The notes beneath the pieces were generated by a model that saw only the letters and a program-made list of their open reading frames with translations, was not told the origin of the DNA and ran no database searches. DNA of 62,413 bases, the filler included, from Asterionella formosa (Eukaryota), in NCBI GenBank assembly GCA_002256025.1. It is 12 parts of 12 records of this genome, joined end to end, with 100 filler letters (N's around TTAATTAATTAA, not from the genome) between each part and the next. Parts side by side here need not be neighbours in the genome. Positions count along the whole stretch, not along the records: positions 20,876 to 25,988 come from NKIB01013215.1; positions 26,089 to 31,201 come from NKIB01013216.1; positions 31,302 to 36,413 come from NKIB01013217.1; positions 36,514 to 41,617 come from NKIB01013218.1; 8 more parts are not named here. One strand, 5' to 3'. Within the stretch, counting starts at the first letter, position 1. The number at the start of each line of letters is the position of its first letter. Shown here piece after piece: positions 24,489 through 36,619 of the stretch. The position numbers were made by a program, and so were the translations under genes.

Positions 24489-25411
24489 TCAATTTGCCCC
24501 AGCCGCTTGGTCATCACCAGCTGCTTGGCTTGCCCCATTTCCTTGGCTAACGCGACATCCAGTTAGGCGCCAACCACAGGACATTGCGAACATCACATAA
24601 ATCAAACATACGACGACAATCGAAAGGATCAGACACGACGACGTATTCATCCACCAAAGCTTCCTGTGTAATTGGTTTGCTTTCTTCTTGAATACCATGC
24701 TATTCTTCTTTGCTACTTCTGACTTTTGCGCCATCTTCTCCAAGTTTTCAGTTTGTCTCAGAACAAGTTGAATATTTTGTCCGAGAGACTCCTTCAAGTT
24801 TTCAATTTCAGTCAGCGTCTTTTGAACCTTCTGTTCCCGCGTAAGCTTCTGATGATTGGTGTTGTAGTAATGCATCGATGTGCGAATGTTCGGAGCAAAT
24901 TGCTTGTCCATGCCGTACGCGTTCGCCCGTGCAATGCGTCCTGCACGAAAAGAGTTTGTAAAGTCACTGTGCAAACTAGTCAAAAAGTCAAAGTTTCTGA
25001 AACATTTTTCAAGACATCAACAGAAGTGAGAAATAAGCTTCGGTCAAACCCGAATGATTCAAAACCACGTCGAACTTACACACTTTGTTGCCTTTGGTCG
25101 TCGTCATCCGAAAGGCAGGAGTATATCACCCCGTTCTTCTTGAACGTATGGAAGTAGTGTTCCGTACCGTCCAAAGTGTCATATCCTCCGGCACAAGCCT
25201 CGATCATGCCGCTGAAAAAGTCTTTAGTTCCTTCATTCTTTTGCAACCAAGTTTTGCGTGCACCCTCTTCCAATGATTTTGGATGATCTCGAATGTATTC
25301 CATCAAGGCAAGCGAAATCTGTGGGGCATTCCCACCAAGCTCTGGGGCGGTGGATTCCACAAGAATAGTCGCATCTTTTGCTCTGGCAATGCATGCATAG
25401 ATGATAGGCAT
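24489..25411 (-). CDS. Longin-domain R-SNARE (VAMP7/VAMP72-like); intron 24997-25079
   Basis: MPIIYACIAR longin start and HYFH...GVIYSCLSD. Synaptobrevin coiled coil ending FKKKANQLHRKLWW, followed by a C-terminal TM helix. Confidence 0.8.
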
Positions 25412-26263
25412 GGTTTGGCTTCGTTTTACACTAGTAAGGTGATGTTGGAACAAACTACTATATGGCACGGTGCCCGGTATTACAGCCAAGCAACAAACAA
25501 CAGCAGAATTGATTCTTTAAGTTATGTTCTTGTTGTAAGGCAAAGTCGGCCTGCTGCATCATCCGTACGTACTGTTTCATACAAAATGGAATTTAAACAA
25601 CCACACGCTGGAGTAAACACCAGGTAGACTTCACGGGCACAATTCATGTAGTACCAGGTACCTGGTATCAAACTGGCACCACCAGGTAGTATCCTTCGAG
25701 AATGGAATGAAGGCATATCATACGTAAATATATACTGAAATGGTTACCTCGTAATACCCCGACAAACGAGCACTGCACTTCTACAGTTCATACCAAATTT
25801 GGGGCATGGCTGGCTACTACTATAGGTTGCACATTCGTCGTGCTCGAAGTAGTCTACACAAAAATAACGGTGCTATAATCATAACACGCTTGGTCAATAT
25901 GTGTGTGTGATGGCGTACGTTGCTGGGAGTCCCATCAACGTTTTTGTACCGTTATTTCGGCTTGTCCCTTCGCTGACCATTTTCTTAGNNNNNNNNNNNN
26001 NNNNNNNNNNNNNNNNNNNNNNNNNNNNNNNNTTAATTAATTAANNNNNNNNNNNNNNNNNNNNNNNNNNNNNNNNNNNNNNNNNNNNTCGGCAGCTAAG
26101 ACAAGGGAAGACAAGAGCAACCACGCGAGGTTAAACAAGTGAATTAGTGCAAGGGTGAAGCACACAATTCTTTGAATAACGATTCAGAGAAGCAGTCTAA
26201 AGCATCGCCAAGCCTTTCGCAATTTATAGTCTAAAATCAATAAACAACATCTCTAGCAACAAC

Positions 26264-28363
26264 ATGATTCTCGCAAACGCCTGGAAGAACTATTTTACGG
26301 ATACTCTCGCCGCTCGAAACGATCTATTGACCGAGTTCCACCACTTTGCAACCTCGCTTGAGCACGCAACCACGCCAGAAACCCGTCAAACCCTCCTCAC
26401 TAACACCCTCTATAAATTCCATGCCATGATTGGCCCTCTCGACCATAAAGTCCATTTTTGCCACAATCTGAGCGTCCTCACAGGCAACAATTGGGGTAAA
26501 TCGGAGCCGGCCTACGTAGCTCTCCTTGGATTGGGATCCATCGCCCAACCAGTGGTTTTCGAAGCCAGACACGCTCTCGCAGCCATCACAACCACCATTC
26601 CCAACTACGACGCCTTACATGATCATGCCACCACTCCGGAACAACTCAGCACCTTGCACCTCACGGCGACTACCGTGATGAACACCAACATCAACCATCT
26701 TGTCCAAGTCCCGCCTTTCCTGTTTAATGTCCTCACCTCCAGTTCCACCGATGACCCAGCTGAACTCTTTTTCCTCGCTCGCCTTGCAGCCAAAACATTC
26801 GCGGAAAACCAGGCGAATCTTAGCACCACCCAAACCGACGACGAAAAGGCAGCGATCCGCAAACAAGTGTACGCATCTGCAGAGTATTTTTTGAGCTTCC
26901 TATACACCGCCAAGATGGTACCAAACCAAATCTCCCTTCCCATCTCTTATGCGACGACGCATGAAATAATGGATTGGAGTGCCACGCTACATCGCATGCA
27001 CATCAACTCGCCCAAGATTCGACAGACGGACGGCGCGCAGATCACACCCACAAAAACTGACATCAGAAACTCACGTGACGAAAGTATGGCGCAGGTAGCC
27101 GCAGCACTAGTGAGCGCTGCTTCGAACCTAGCTACAAACACAGACAGGTTAGTGGAAGCTAGGTCTTCTAACACTCCATCTTCTTCTAGGGCCTGGGAAA
27201 AAAACCCTAAATTCCTCCAAGATCAGATCCTTCGTTTAATGGCAGCTCATGATGACGACATCATTACGGAGCCCATTCAATCCCTTGCTACATTCCTCTC
27301 GCTCAGCTCGAATACATCCGCAGCACAGCAATTTATGGCAGAGTATCTACAATCCATTCTAAGCTGTCAAGATCTATGTTTAGATCCATTTACAACTCTG
27401 TGCATTAGCCAATTACAGTTTAACTACGACCCGACCGAGGGACCTTCGCGCATCAGCCTTTTCAAACTGCTATCGGAGTCGAATAACATGGTGTCCTCGT
27501 CAGATATAGAGATCATATCCAATGCCACCATTGATGCAGCAGGAGACAGCGACCGCTACAATCAGATCATGAAACGTTTGAGCGACAAGAAACTGTTGAT
27601 TGTTGCAAAGACGGTTGCAGATTTTGAAACAACCATTAAGAATATGATCGCAATTGTCCTTTTTGTTCTAGGAAATTGCTTCACCGCTGACTGATTGTGC
27701 ACGTGGCTAACCCATATCGAGGCAAATCGCGCCACCTATCGGCATTGCTCCGATCTCGATTTTCGCTTTTTCGCGCACCAACTTACAATCATGGACAACA
27801 TGATACAGGCGTTCTGGTGCAACTCAAAGTATGCAAGATCAGTCCAAGAAATGGATTTTCAGCTCCTCGATTTCTCGCAACAACAACGCCAGATCGCTGT
27901 CGGAAACCCCATGACCTCACCACTTCATCCACGGGTTGCCGCACTTTTTCTACATTCCAAACGTACTCGGGACGACCAATTCGACAAAACCAATCGCAGA
28001 CACCAGCAACAAGGAAACAGACATCAACAGCAGGAAAACAACCACCAACAAAACACAACAAAATTCATCCGAGGCAGAGCAGTCACCAACCCGCGAGCCG
28101 ACATCCTTTTTCGACTTCCGACAGGCATCTTCTATCGCGACGCTTTTCCGCCCTCAGTTCTGCGAAAGGCATCCAGAGTAAATGGGGCAACAAATTGTTG
28201 CCGTTGGCAGATATCAGGGATCTGCATAGACAACTGTGATAGAAAAGACGCACACGTTCAGTTAACAGGTGACAACAAAAAAGCATTTGCAACATTTTTC
28301 ACCGAGGCCATTCGTGATGTGACATCGACCACACCACGCAGTTTGAACACATCAACAAATTGA
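26264..28363 (+). pseudogene. Gag-like ORF1 with C-terminal Cys/His knuckle; one internal in-frame stop at 27692-27694
   Basis: ORFs 26264-27694 and 27695-28363 are in one frame separated by a single TGA. CCRWQISGICIDNCDRKDAH lies near the C-terminus. Confidence 0.7.
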
Positions 28364-31201
28364 CTAGGGCACACCCGGGTAGTCCCTGTAACGCATTCAG
28401 TAATGAGGCATTTAACAGTCTATCGCGGCTCATCGTCAATAGTAGCGCACAAGATCGAGACGACGACAATTCCAAAACTTACCATCACCAAGTCGGGAAA
28501 GATTCGTCCATCCGATATCTCAAAATTATTAACCACATCACGCACGAAGTTTTTCGCACGTATACGAGATCAGAATACGGAATCAGCACGTTGTATCAGG
28601 ATAACGGCCTTACCGCCACTACCGATATCGCCACTACCGCACCCACCACCGTACCTGGCACAACCCACACATCTGCTACACTCCGGCACGCGGATGCCAC
28701 AACCCAACAATGAAACTATCCTGGGTAAGTCAAGCTATCATACCGGTGGTAGCGATTCCGACTGTACAGATCACGACACAATACTAGCTACAGATGTTTG
28801 GGTACCAGACAGCACAGACACAAACTCGCCCGACCGCCACCACAACACTCCGCGGCAATTTGCACGAATAGCCCCACTCCCCGCCAGCCCCACCATCGAA
28901 CAACACACCTCACGCCATTCTTTGGAAAACGAGTTGCTCCGACACATCAATTGCATTCTAGATACCCCATCACCGCATATGAACACACCGACATTTCGTT
29001 TCGAATGGAGTACTGAGGCGGCAAACCACAACTGGGCGATCCTAGTACAGTTCAACCTAGACATTACCAAGGCAATTGCAAGCCAGGTCAACTCCCCGCT
29101 CAGTATAGGTTCGGAATTCCGAGCACTAAACCTACTGCGTCCTCTACTATCCTACCATCCGCTGTGGGGACGTTTCGTCACTCTCATCACGACTGGTGTA
29201 GAATTCCCGCTCAAACCTCTACCAGACGAGCAGAGGCTACACGACTTGGAGCTCGCCGTCGTCTCAGGCAACCACAGATTGGCGAAACTTAAACATGAAA
29301 TAGTTACGAAACTTCTAATCAAAGAAGTCGACAGAGGCTGGCAACTCCCACTCCCACCGGAAAATATCCGCCTACTACCACACGCTGTTGTAGCGCCGAT
29401 CGGTCTAGTGACGCAAGCCACAATCAACGCACACTGGGAAATAATAACCAAAGACCGGCTGACCCACGACCAATCATTCGAGTTCTCCCCAGGGACTTCC
29501 GTCAACGCACGTGTCATATTTGACTTGCTGACACCGTGTAGATACGGCACCGCACTGCGACGCTTTATTCACTACATAGTGGATCTAAGAAGAATCTATC
29601 CGGACACTCGAATTCTAATGACTAAATTAGATTTTAAAGCCGCGTATCGCCGCCTACATACATCGAGTCTCACAGCGTCACAGGCCATAGTCATTATCGA
29701 TGATATAGCGCTTCTCGCTTTACGGATGACTTTCGGGGGGGCACCAAACCCAAGCATGTGGAGCGATGTCTCTGAACTAGCATGCGACACGTGCAATTTG
29801 TTATCACGTTGCGACCGATGGAACTCGGAGTCCACGCCCACACTGGAATCCCCGCACCAACAAAAATACGTCACCATGCCAAAGTACCTCAACACTAGGT
29901 CAACTTGTGAACCAGCACAACCCACGACGGTAGCGATCGACGCTGATCTAGCACCGTTCACTGAATGTTATCTAGACGATCTATTTACGTGTTTCTTGGA
30001 TAATCCGACAGCTATATGGAAAGGTTCACGAATTACACTGCTTATGCTACATCTGTTGGGCAGACCTATAGCTGACTCTGAACCCCTACAACGTGAAGAT
30101 CTACTCGCGTTCGAAAAAATGACAGCAGAAGGCTCCCCAGAAGAATCCAAGATAATGTTAGGATGGGAGGTGAACACACGCACTCTTCGACTACGCCTCC
30201 CCCATGATAAACTCATGTCCTGGAATGCAGAAATTGACCGCATACTACAGTTGCCCATGGTTGATTGTGAAGTATTAGCGACCACGATCGGTCGACTGAA
30301 CCATGCCTCGTATGTGATCCCAACCGCTCGTGCCTTTCTATGCCATCTCCGACGTGCCGAACGGCGAGCAAGGGTCAGCGGAAAAAGAATTCCATTATCG
30401 GAATTACAAAAGGAAGAATTGCGGCAATGGCTCACCTTCTTACGTACCGCAAGCCAAGGAATCAGCCTAAACCGACTAACACTATGTGTTCCCACCATTC
30501 TCCTGTGTGCCAACGCCTGCCAACACGGAATCGGAGGGTTCTCGCTCACATCGGGCCGAGCCTGGCGATTCGAAATTCCAACAGGATGTCGGGGACATCT
30601 GTCGCTGAACCTACTGGAGTACCTTGCATCAATCACCACCATCGCAACTGAAGCCACAGTCGGTAACATTAGACCCGACGACTGCATTCTCTCCCAACTG
30701 GACAGCTCGACGGCGGATTATTGGCTTCACCGCGGTGGCGCACGGTTTCAAGGTCAAGAAAAATCGACCCATTTAGCAATCTCTCGCTGGCTCGCCGCAA
30801 TCCTCGAGCAAACCCAGGCGTGTAGCTACAGCCAATGGATCCCAGGAGATGACAACGTGATAGCCGATGCCCTCTCTCGTGACCATCATCTATCAAATGC
30901 ACAACTAACACACCTCATCCATCACTCGGCCACCCACCAGATGCCCCCGAATTTCTCCATCTCGCCGCTCCCCACCGACATCGCCTCCAAGCTTACCTTA
31001 TGGATGCAGATCGGGCGCGCTCCCAAGGACTTCAAGCTAACACCACAGCGAAGCTCAATCGCGTCTTCCGAATCTGGACCGAATTCCTTGCGTCCATTGG
31101 ATTTTGTGATGTCACCGATCCATTCCTCGCCAACCTCTCCCCAGAACAACGCATTCGACTCATCGGAGCGTTCGCGCATGCCGTCCGGCAGGCCGAGTTC
31201 A
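28364..31201 (+). CDS. Pol: reverse transcriptase + RNase H of a DIRS/Ngaro-like element
   Basis: RT motifs RLTHDQS, KLDFKAAYRRL, LRMTFGG.PNP, YLDD and LGWEVNT. RNase H motifs (D/N)AC.HGIGG, NLLEYLA, DSSTA and WIPGDDNVIADALSR. The frame is open from 28364; first ATG at 28403. Confidence 0.9.
31000..31201 (+). CDS. Probable start of the tyrosine recombinase ORF overlapping the pol 3' end (truncated)
   Basis: Alternate-frame ORF ..TTAKLNRVFRIWTEFLASIG...DPFL..LSPEQRIRLIGAFAHAVR. Position and composition match YR N-termini of such elements. The catalytic domain lies beyond the contig. Confidence 0.6.
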
Positions 31202-31301
31202 NNNNNNNNNNNNNNNNNNNNNNNNNNNNNNNNNNNNNNNNNNNNTTAATTAATTAANNNNNNNNNNNNNNNNNNNNNNNNNNNNNNNNNNNNNNNNNNN
31301 N

Positions 31302-32300
31302 CAGCATCTTCAAACTGGAGCACCATGTGTGCGTAGTTTCAGTATCCCGCTTGGTTTTCTCCATATCCGAATTCAACAACAAATTGAGTTTGTTCTGTTG
31401 TCAATGGTTTCTTTTGTCATCCACCACGATCCACTTCAATTGCAGCTTCCTTGTCTGCATAGTTCTTCCCAAGAAAGCAATGGAAGTTTATTTCAGCAAG
31501 GATATTTATCGGTATCTGGTGTTGGAGTAGCCCATGCTCATGACATACAAATGCAGAAATGATTGAGCCTGTACCTTTGTCATCCTTTGGGAGTAGTGGC
31601 CGCTCTCCATTAGGACCAACCCGATCTTGAAAAATAATAGAAACTGTTTATACATAGCCTCATCTTGTCCAATCAACATTACAGGTCTAGATTCTGAATC
31701 TTTCCTCTCACTTATGTGGTCTCCAAATGGGAGCTCATCCATCCACCTTGTACTCAAGAACCATCTAAAATCCATCATCAGTGTTATAGTAAAAGCCACA
31801 ATGTCATTGCAATATCACAATAGCATTCTAATAGATTAGAGTCTACCTTTTTAATTGGAATCCATCTGTTTGTGCACAACCCAAGCAAAGGAAAGGTATT
31901 TGTTTGTAAAGATAGGCCTGTATGCTAGTTTTCAGCTCTCTCATGACCACCCACAAAGTTATGATTCTCATGTTTTTGTATCTAAATCCAACAGCATGCA
32001 TCCATCTAGATATAGCAGTAATGCTACAAGTTGTTAGACCATATGATGATTAAAAAGCAGCTACACCTTCATTTGTCAAAGTTGTAGTTACTCCATCATC
32101 AACTTCAATTTTAAGCCTTGAACCTGATTCTGGGACAAGTTGATCCACAACCAACTCATGCATTAATTCAACCTGCAAATCTTTGAATATTCTGGGTGCC
32201 ATGTGACTGCATCTGGGTTGTCAATAAAGAAATGACACAGCCTAGCCTCCTTTGTTGGCTCTGGTGGCTTGCAGAATTTTTTTTATTCAATGCAAATTTA
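31302..32300 (-). pseudogene. Degraded DDE transposase (IS630/Tc1-mariner-related family)
   Basis: Minus-strand remnants across several frames: FVGGHERAE, RPVMLIGQDEAMYKQ, RPLLPKDDKGTG and EFGYGENQAGY*NYAHMVLQFEDA. These resemble the YxDGHE / (H/Q)DE / GYW motifs of this family. Confidence 0.55.
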
Positions 32301-33272
32301 CAATGCCATCAGGACAAAGTCTCAGAGTTAGAGTAAATCTCAATTCCCATGTCATTCATGTGTTATATTGCATTTATCAGTGACTGCTTCCATGTTGACT
32401 GAATTTCAATGTGGCCTGTAACATTTTCCACAAAATTCTTCATTGCATGTGCAAAATAGATACCGGTACTTCAAAAGCAAATTGTGCAAGTGTAATGATA
32501 TGATAGGATCTGCATCCAACTGAAAGCTAAAAAAATAAAACACCAGCTTTATTATGGCTGCCCAAACTTTAGTCTTCGTGCACCCGGTCATATTTCGAGA
32601 AACTTCTTAAAATCAGAAAGTTTGGTTTCTGCATTTGACATTGGTGGGACTTTGTTTTTCTGCACCCATCAAACAGGCGCAAATTCAGGTACCGGTACAG
32701 GTATACCGATACGCACATGTGCGTGTGAGCGATACTCCGAATATTCCCGGGGTACCTGTTATAGTACCGTTAAATAAATTTCATCGTTTGCTGCGCCCTA
32801 TGCCGTTATCGGTACCTGGTACTGTATTTTCCGGGATGCTGGTTAGTGGTGCAGCTGGCCAGCGAATTCCAGCGATTTGAAAATAACGAAACGCTCAACG
32901 GGCCGGAATTTTCTTTCTTTGTACTCAGTAATAATTTGCTGGAGTACCGGTAAGTAAGTCCTGGGATATGCCCGGATGTCGTTCTGAATGGCAATCCATT
33001 CCTACATACGGTACTTGGTAGTCTACCTGGTACCAGCAAGGTACCACCAGGTAGTCTACTGGTAGTCATGCGCGATGAACATCGCTGCTTCCCTACCGGT
33101 ATACTGTACGAGAATCATTTGGAATGATATCAGCCGTGGATGATAAATTAATTCTGAATTTTTACATATAAAAAAGTAGAGTACAACCCTACCAGGTACC
33201 CATGTACTGGGTCGTACATGGTTCATACGGACATGATCACATAAAAATTCTCATATTCATCATAGGCACAGC

Positions 33273-34889
33273 ATGGATCAAACGCATACGAGTAAGCTGC
33301 AACCCCTTCCTCTTGTCGTGTTAGAAGAAGAGGAAGGGAGCAAAACAATAAGGGGAGTCTTCGAGGAGTCTTGGCTGACTATGGCAAATGCCGTACCGCG
33401 AGTAGTATTCCTCCTTTCCCTCCTGAGCCAGCAGCTACGAATAACGCCCAAGAAGATCAGCCCCAAGCGCACCATGTTGCCAAACAGAGACAAGCGCATT
33501 CGCATTCGAATCGCGCCGTGCTCAGTTCTGCTCGTTACCATTGCCTTCTTTGTGCTGCGACAGCTGAGTCTGCTCACGTTGTCCGCTCGGCACCTGTCGG
33601 AGATGGAGCAGCTGCAAGAGCTGCCCATGGAGGCAAAACCCACCAAGACGCTGGTGCTCACGAAAACGATGGGGAGAGACGGACCGGTTATTTCCTACCG
33701 ATCAGAGTACCAATTCAGTGCTGACGATTTGGAGCAAATCGACGGCATGCTGGGGCGACAAAGCCTCTCCAGGAAGTGCTTTGTGTGCATCACGGGGCAG
33801 ATGGAGCGACTGGAGCTGGAGGACAAGGTGCTGCATCTCTTGAATCCGCTTCGACTAGCTGGGTTGATCCCGGAAGTGGCATTGGTCCTGACGGATGCAG
33901 GCGTGCCGAGATTCACCAATGATGGATTCGTCGGAGGACAGATTTATCCATCGTACGCGCACGCAAGCGAATATCTCAAATCCATGGGGTACACGGTACT
34001 CTCCACCTCGGCATTCAAACAATCGGAGGACCCGCCAGTGTCGGAGCTATACACGAATAAAATGGGCAACACATCATTCAATTTTCTCCCGGAGCAAAAG
34101 AAGACACGAGCTCAGAATCATTATCGACAATACGAAAGTCTGCGCCAATGCGGGGTCTTGTATCAAGCAGCGCAAACGAACTACTCATTTGTCCTGAGAG
34201 CAAGAGACGACTTGGGCTTTCGGTTGCCATTGTGGAACGCCACAACCACCAATTTAACCCTCGTATTGGCCGATTTGTACCGCACACCACGGACCATTCT
34301 ATCCACGGACTGCCGCACTTATGATGGTATCAATGACCGCTTTGCCTGGGTGTCGCCAGGAGCAGCGAGGGATTACTTTACAACACCCCTCGCCTCCATG
34401 ACATCCAACCTTGTCCCGAAAGAGACTCGAAACCCGGAAACTTTCTTGATGCACTCTTATTTAAATAGAAACATCACTGTCATTCTGTCGGCACGGCTGA
34501 GAGGATTGTTGAAGCTACAGATATTGGCCAATAATATTACCAAACCTGCCAACGATCGAGAGTGGAAAGGCATGTTCTGTCCCGAAGACTACCGGGGAGG
34601 ATACGCATTGACATATCGAGATCCAACCAAGCAAAATCCTCCAACAGGGGGAAAAAGAAGAAAAGCACCGCCTATTATGCACGGTAAATGGCGAAAGTCA
34701 TGGCTGAACATTCATAGTTTACTTCAACACAACGCTACAGTAACTGATGCAACACAACCAATAGCTCGCCCTGTTCTTCAATATGTGCCACATCATGCCA
34801 CGAAGAGGAGAAAAGGTAATCATCACAAAAAGAGAATGAAAAAGGAACGGATTGCACATAAGTCTTTGCAGAATGCAAGCCATACATAA
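33273..34889 (+). CDS. Uncharacterised type II membrane protein, possibly glycosyltransferase-like
   Basis: 538-aa ORF with one N-proximal TM helix. VCITGQMERL, LRARDD and DGINDRFA resemble motifs of algal Golgi-type proteins. Lys/Arg-rich tail. Confidence 0.55.
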   Translation: MDQTHTSKLQPLPLVVLEEEEGSKTIRGVFEESWLTMANAVPRVVFLLSLLSQQLRITPKKISPKRTMLPNRDKRIRIRIAPCSVLLVTIAFFVLRQLSLLTLSARHLSEMEQLQELPMEAKPTKTLVLTKTMGRDGPVISYRSEYQFSADDLEQIDGMLGRQSLSRKCFVCITGQMERLELEDKVLHLLNPLRLAGLIPEVALVLTDAGVPRFTNDGFVGGQIYPSYAHASEYLKSMGYTVLSTSAFKQSEDPPVSELYTNKMGNTSFNFLPEQKKTRAQNHYRQYESLRQCGVLYQAAQTNYSFVLRARDDLGFRLPLWNATTTNLTLVLADLYRTPRTILSTDCRTYDGINDRFAWVSPGAARDYFTTPLASMTSNLVPKETRNPETFLMHSYLNRNITVILSARLRGLLKLQILANNITKPANDREWKGMFCPEDYRGGYALTYRDPTKQNPPTGGKRRKAPPIMHGKWRKSWLNIHSLLQHNATVTDATQPIARPVLQYVPHHATKRRKGNHHKKRMKKERIAHKSLQNASHT

Positions 34890-35465
34890 GCCACTTTCTT
34901 ATGGGTCCAATCGATGGACCGTTGAATCCTTTGACACTCACCGCCTTGATCTACCAAGGCTGTGCAAGCGCAGTATGATTGATGCCTAAGTTATGAGGCT
35001 ACTTTAGTTGCTCACATGGAATGACTGGGATTTCTATCTCAATTGGACAGATTACTGTTTTCCTGCTGCTGCAGGAGTGTCTGTATCATTACACACAAGC
35101 CAATGCTACTTTGAGTCCGTGGCAGGACGTTGATTTGTTGTCAAAACTGGTCAAACACTCATTTTCTCTGTTCACACGGATTCTTTTGGAACACTACAAG
35201 ACATGCACGTTCCGCCTGTTTACAAGTATTGATACATTGCATCCGGTTGCAGTTGCTGCCAAGACCAATTTTGGTTAAGTGAACAGGAATAGATACTCAT
35301 CTAAAGCCCCCATTATATTCGCCCAGAGCGAGTGAGTTACAACGTTTAACATTTGAACAGTACTTTACACACGTCAATACTATGCTATTACAAAAGGCAA
35401 GGGACCATTGCCACTGCTGTTCTCCACATTATGTTACATTGATTCAATATCAATGCAAATGCTCG

Positions 35466-36377
35466 TTATTTTTCAATTGGAAAACAATCATTTTTCTTCT
35501 GTATATTTGCTTCCTTGCTTTGTACATAACAGCTAGCCAATCTCTCACGACAAACATCTAATCCTTGTGCAATCATTCTTGCCTTGTTCCGACTTGGTAA
35601 TGTTTCTAAATTTGGATATCCACTTGTCACAGCTTTCAACACATCTTGTTGTCGTAACAAATGTATGGTTGGATATGGTGATCGAATGGTGTAGTTACCA
35701 GGATTATCATTATCACCATTATCATCATTGGCGTCCATCCCATAGGTTTGATGAGTTGCTTGTGGATGAAATAAAACAATTTGCAATTTGTGCAAGTATT
35801 TAGTACGAACAATGGCTTCGTCTTGAAGAATCCAAGAAAACCGAACAAAGTCTCTAAAATCTTTGAGGAATGGATAGTCTAAAATCACCAATGTCGTTTC
35901 ATGAGCACTTGCCTGATTCCCCGTTGTTGTTGTTGTTGTTATCTGCTCACTTGTTTGTTGAACCAAGAGTTGTACTTCTTGTGCCACCAATTGGAGTACA
36001 TGGTCTTCGTCTGGTTTGGTAGTGTCAATACTACCATTATTATTACTATTATTTTTGTCTACTGATGCAACTAATGAAAATGTTGGAGCAGCAACAACCA
36101 TTCGTAACAAATGGGAATGTAGCAAAAAGGGAGGAGCAAATGGACATTGCTTTTCACCAATAACGATGCGCTCTAACCAACGTCTCGTGGACGTTATTCG
36201 ATGGTCCTCGGTCGCGACAGTAGTAGTCGAAGTAGTTGTATGGATCCTGCAGTTGGAGTTGCTCTTGTTGCTAAATTGATATGGACCATGGCGAATGTTT
36301 CTCAAAGGAGTACAATCATGGAAGCATCCAAGCAGACGAGAGAGTACTACCGGTAGTGAGACGACTCTTGGCAGCAT
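35466..36377 (-). CDS. DUF1415-family protein
   Basis: TRRWLERIVIG...CPFA, LQIVLFHP and NYTIRSPYPTIHLLRQ.DV. Confidence 0.8.
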   Translation of the reverse strand: MLPRVVSLPVVLSRLLGCFHDCTPLRNIRHGPYQFSNKSNSNCRIHTTTSTTTVATEDHRITSTRRWLERIVIGEKQCPFAPPFLLHSHLLRMVVAAPTFSLVASVDKNNSNNNGSIDTTKPDEDHVLQLVAQEVQLLVQQTSEQITTTTTTGNQASAHETTLVILDYPFLKDFRDFVRFSWILQDEAIVRTKYLHKLQIVLFHPQATHQTYGMDANDDNGDNDNPGNYTIRSPYPTIHLLRQQDVLKAVTSGYPNLETLPSRNKARMIAQGLDVCRERLASCYVQSKEANIQKKNDCFPIEK

Positions 36378-36619
36378 GCTAGGATCTGTAGTATCCTGTA
36401 TGCATTGTAGAATNNNNNNNNNNNNNNNNNNNNNNNNNNNNNNNNNNNNNNNNNNNNTTAATTAATTAANNNNNNNNNNNNNNNNNNNNNNNNNNNNNNN
36501 NNNNNNNNNNNNNTAACACCTTTTTGTGAGCAATAAGCATTTTCTTTTGTGCCTGATGGAAGATAGATTTGTCTTCTTAATCCGTTAGAGTGACATTTGA
36601 ATTTTTCGACGAAGGATTC

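Larger units (their letters stand above)
26089..31201 (+). mobile_element. Tyrosine-recombinase retrotransposon (DIRS/Ngaro-like) filling the whole contig, 3' truncated
   Basis: Order gag-like ORF, RT-RNaseH ORF, overlapping third ORF. No protease or DDE integrase motifs seen. Confidence 0.85.

Noticed and set aside
27692..27697. Internal gag TGA as a second programmed readthrough or selenocysteine site
   Set aside because: The TGA-TTG context is not a known leaky motif and no SECIS is evident; a point mutation is simpler.
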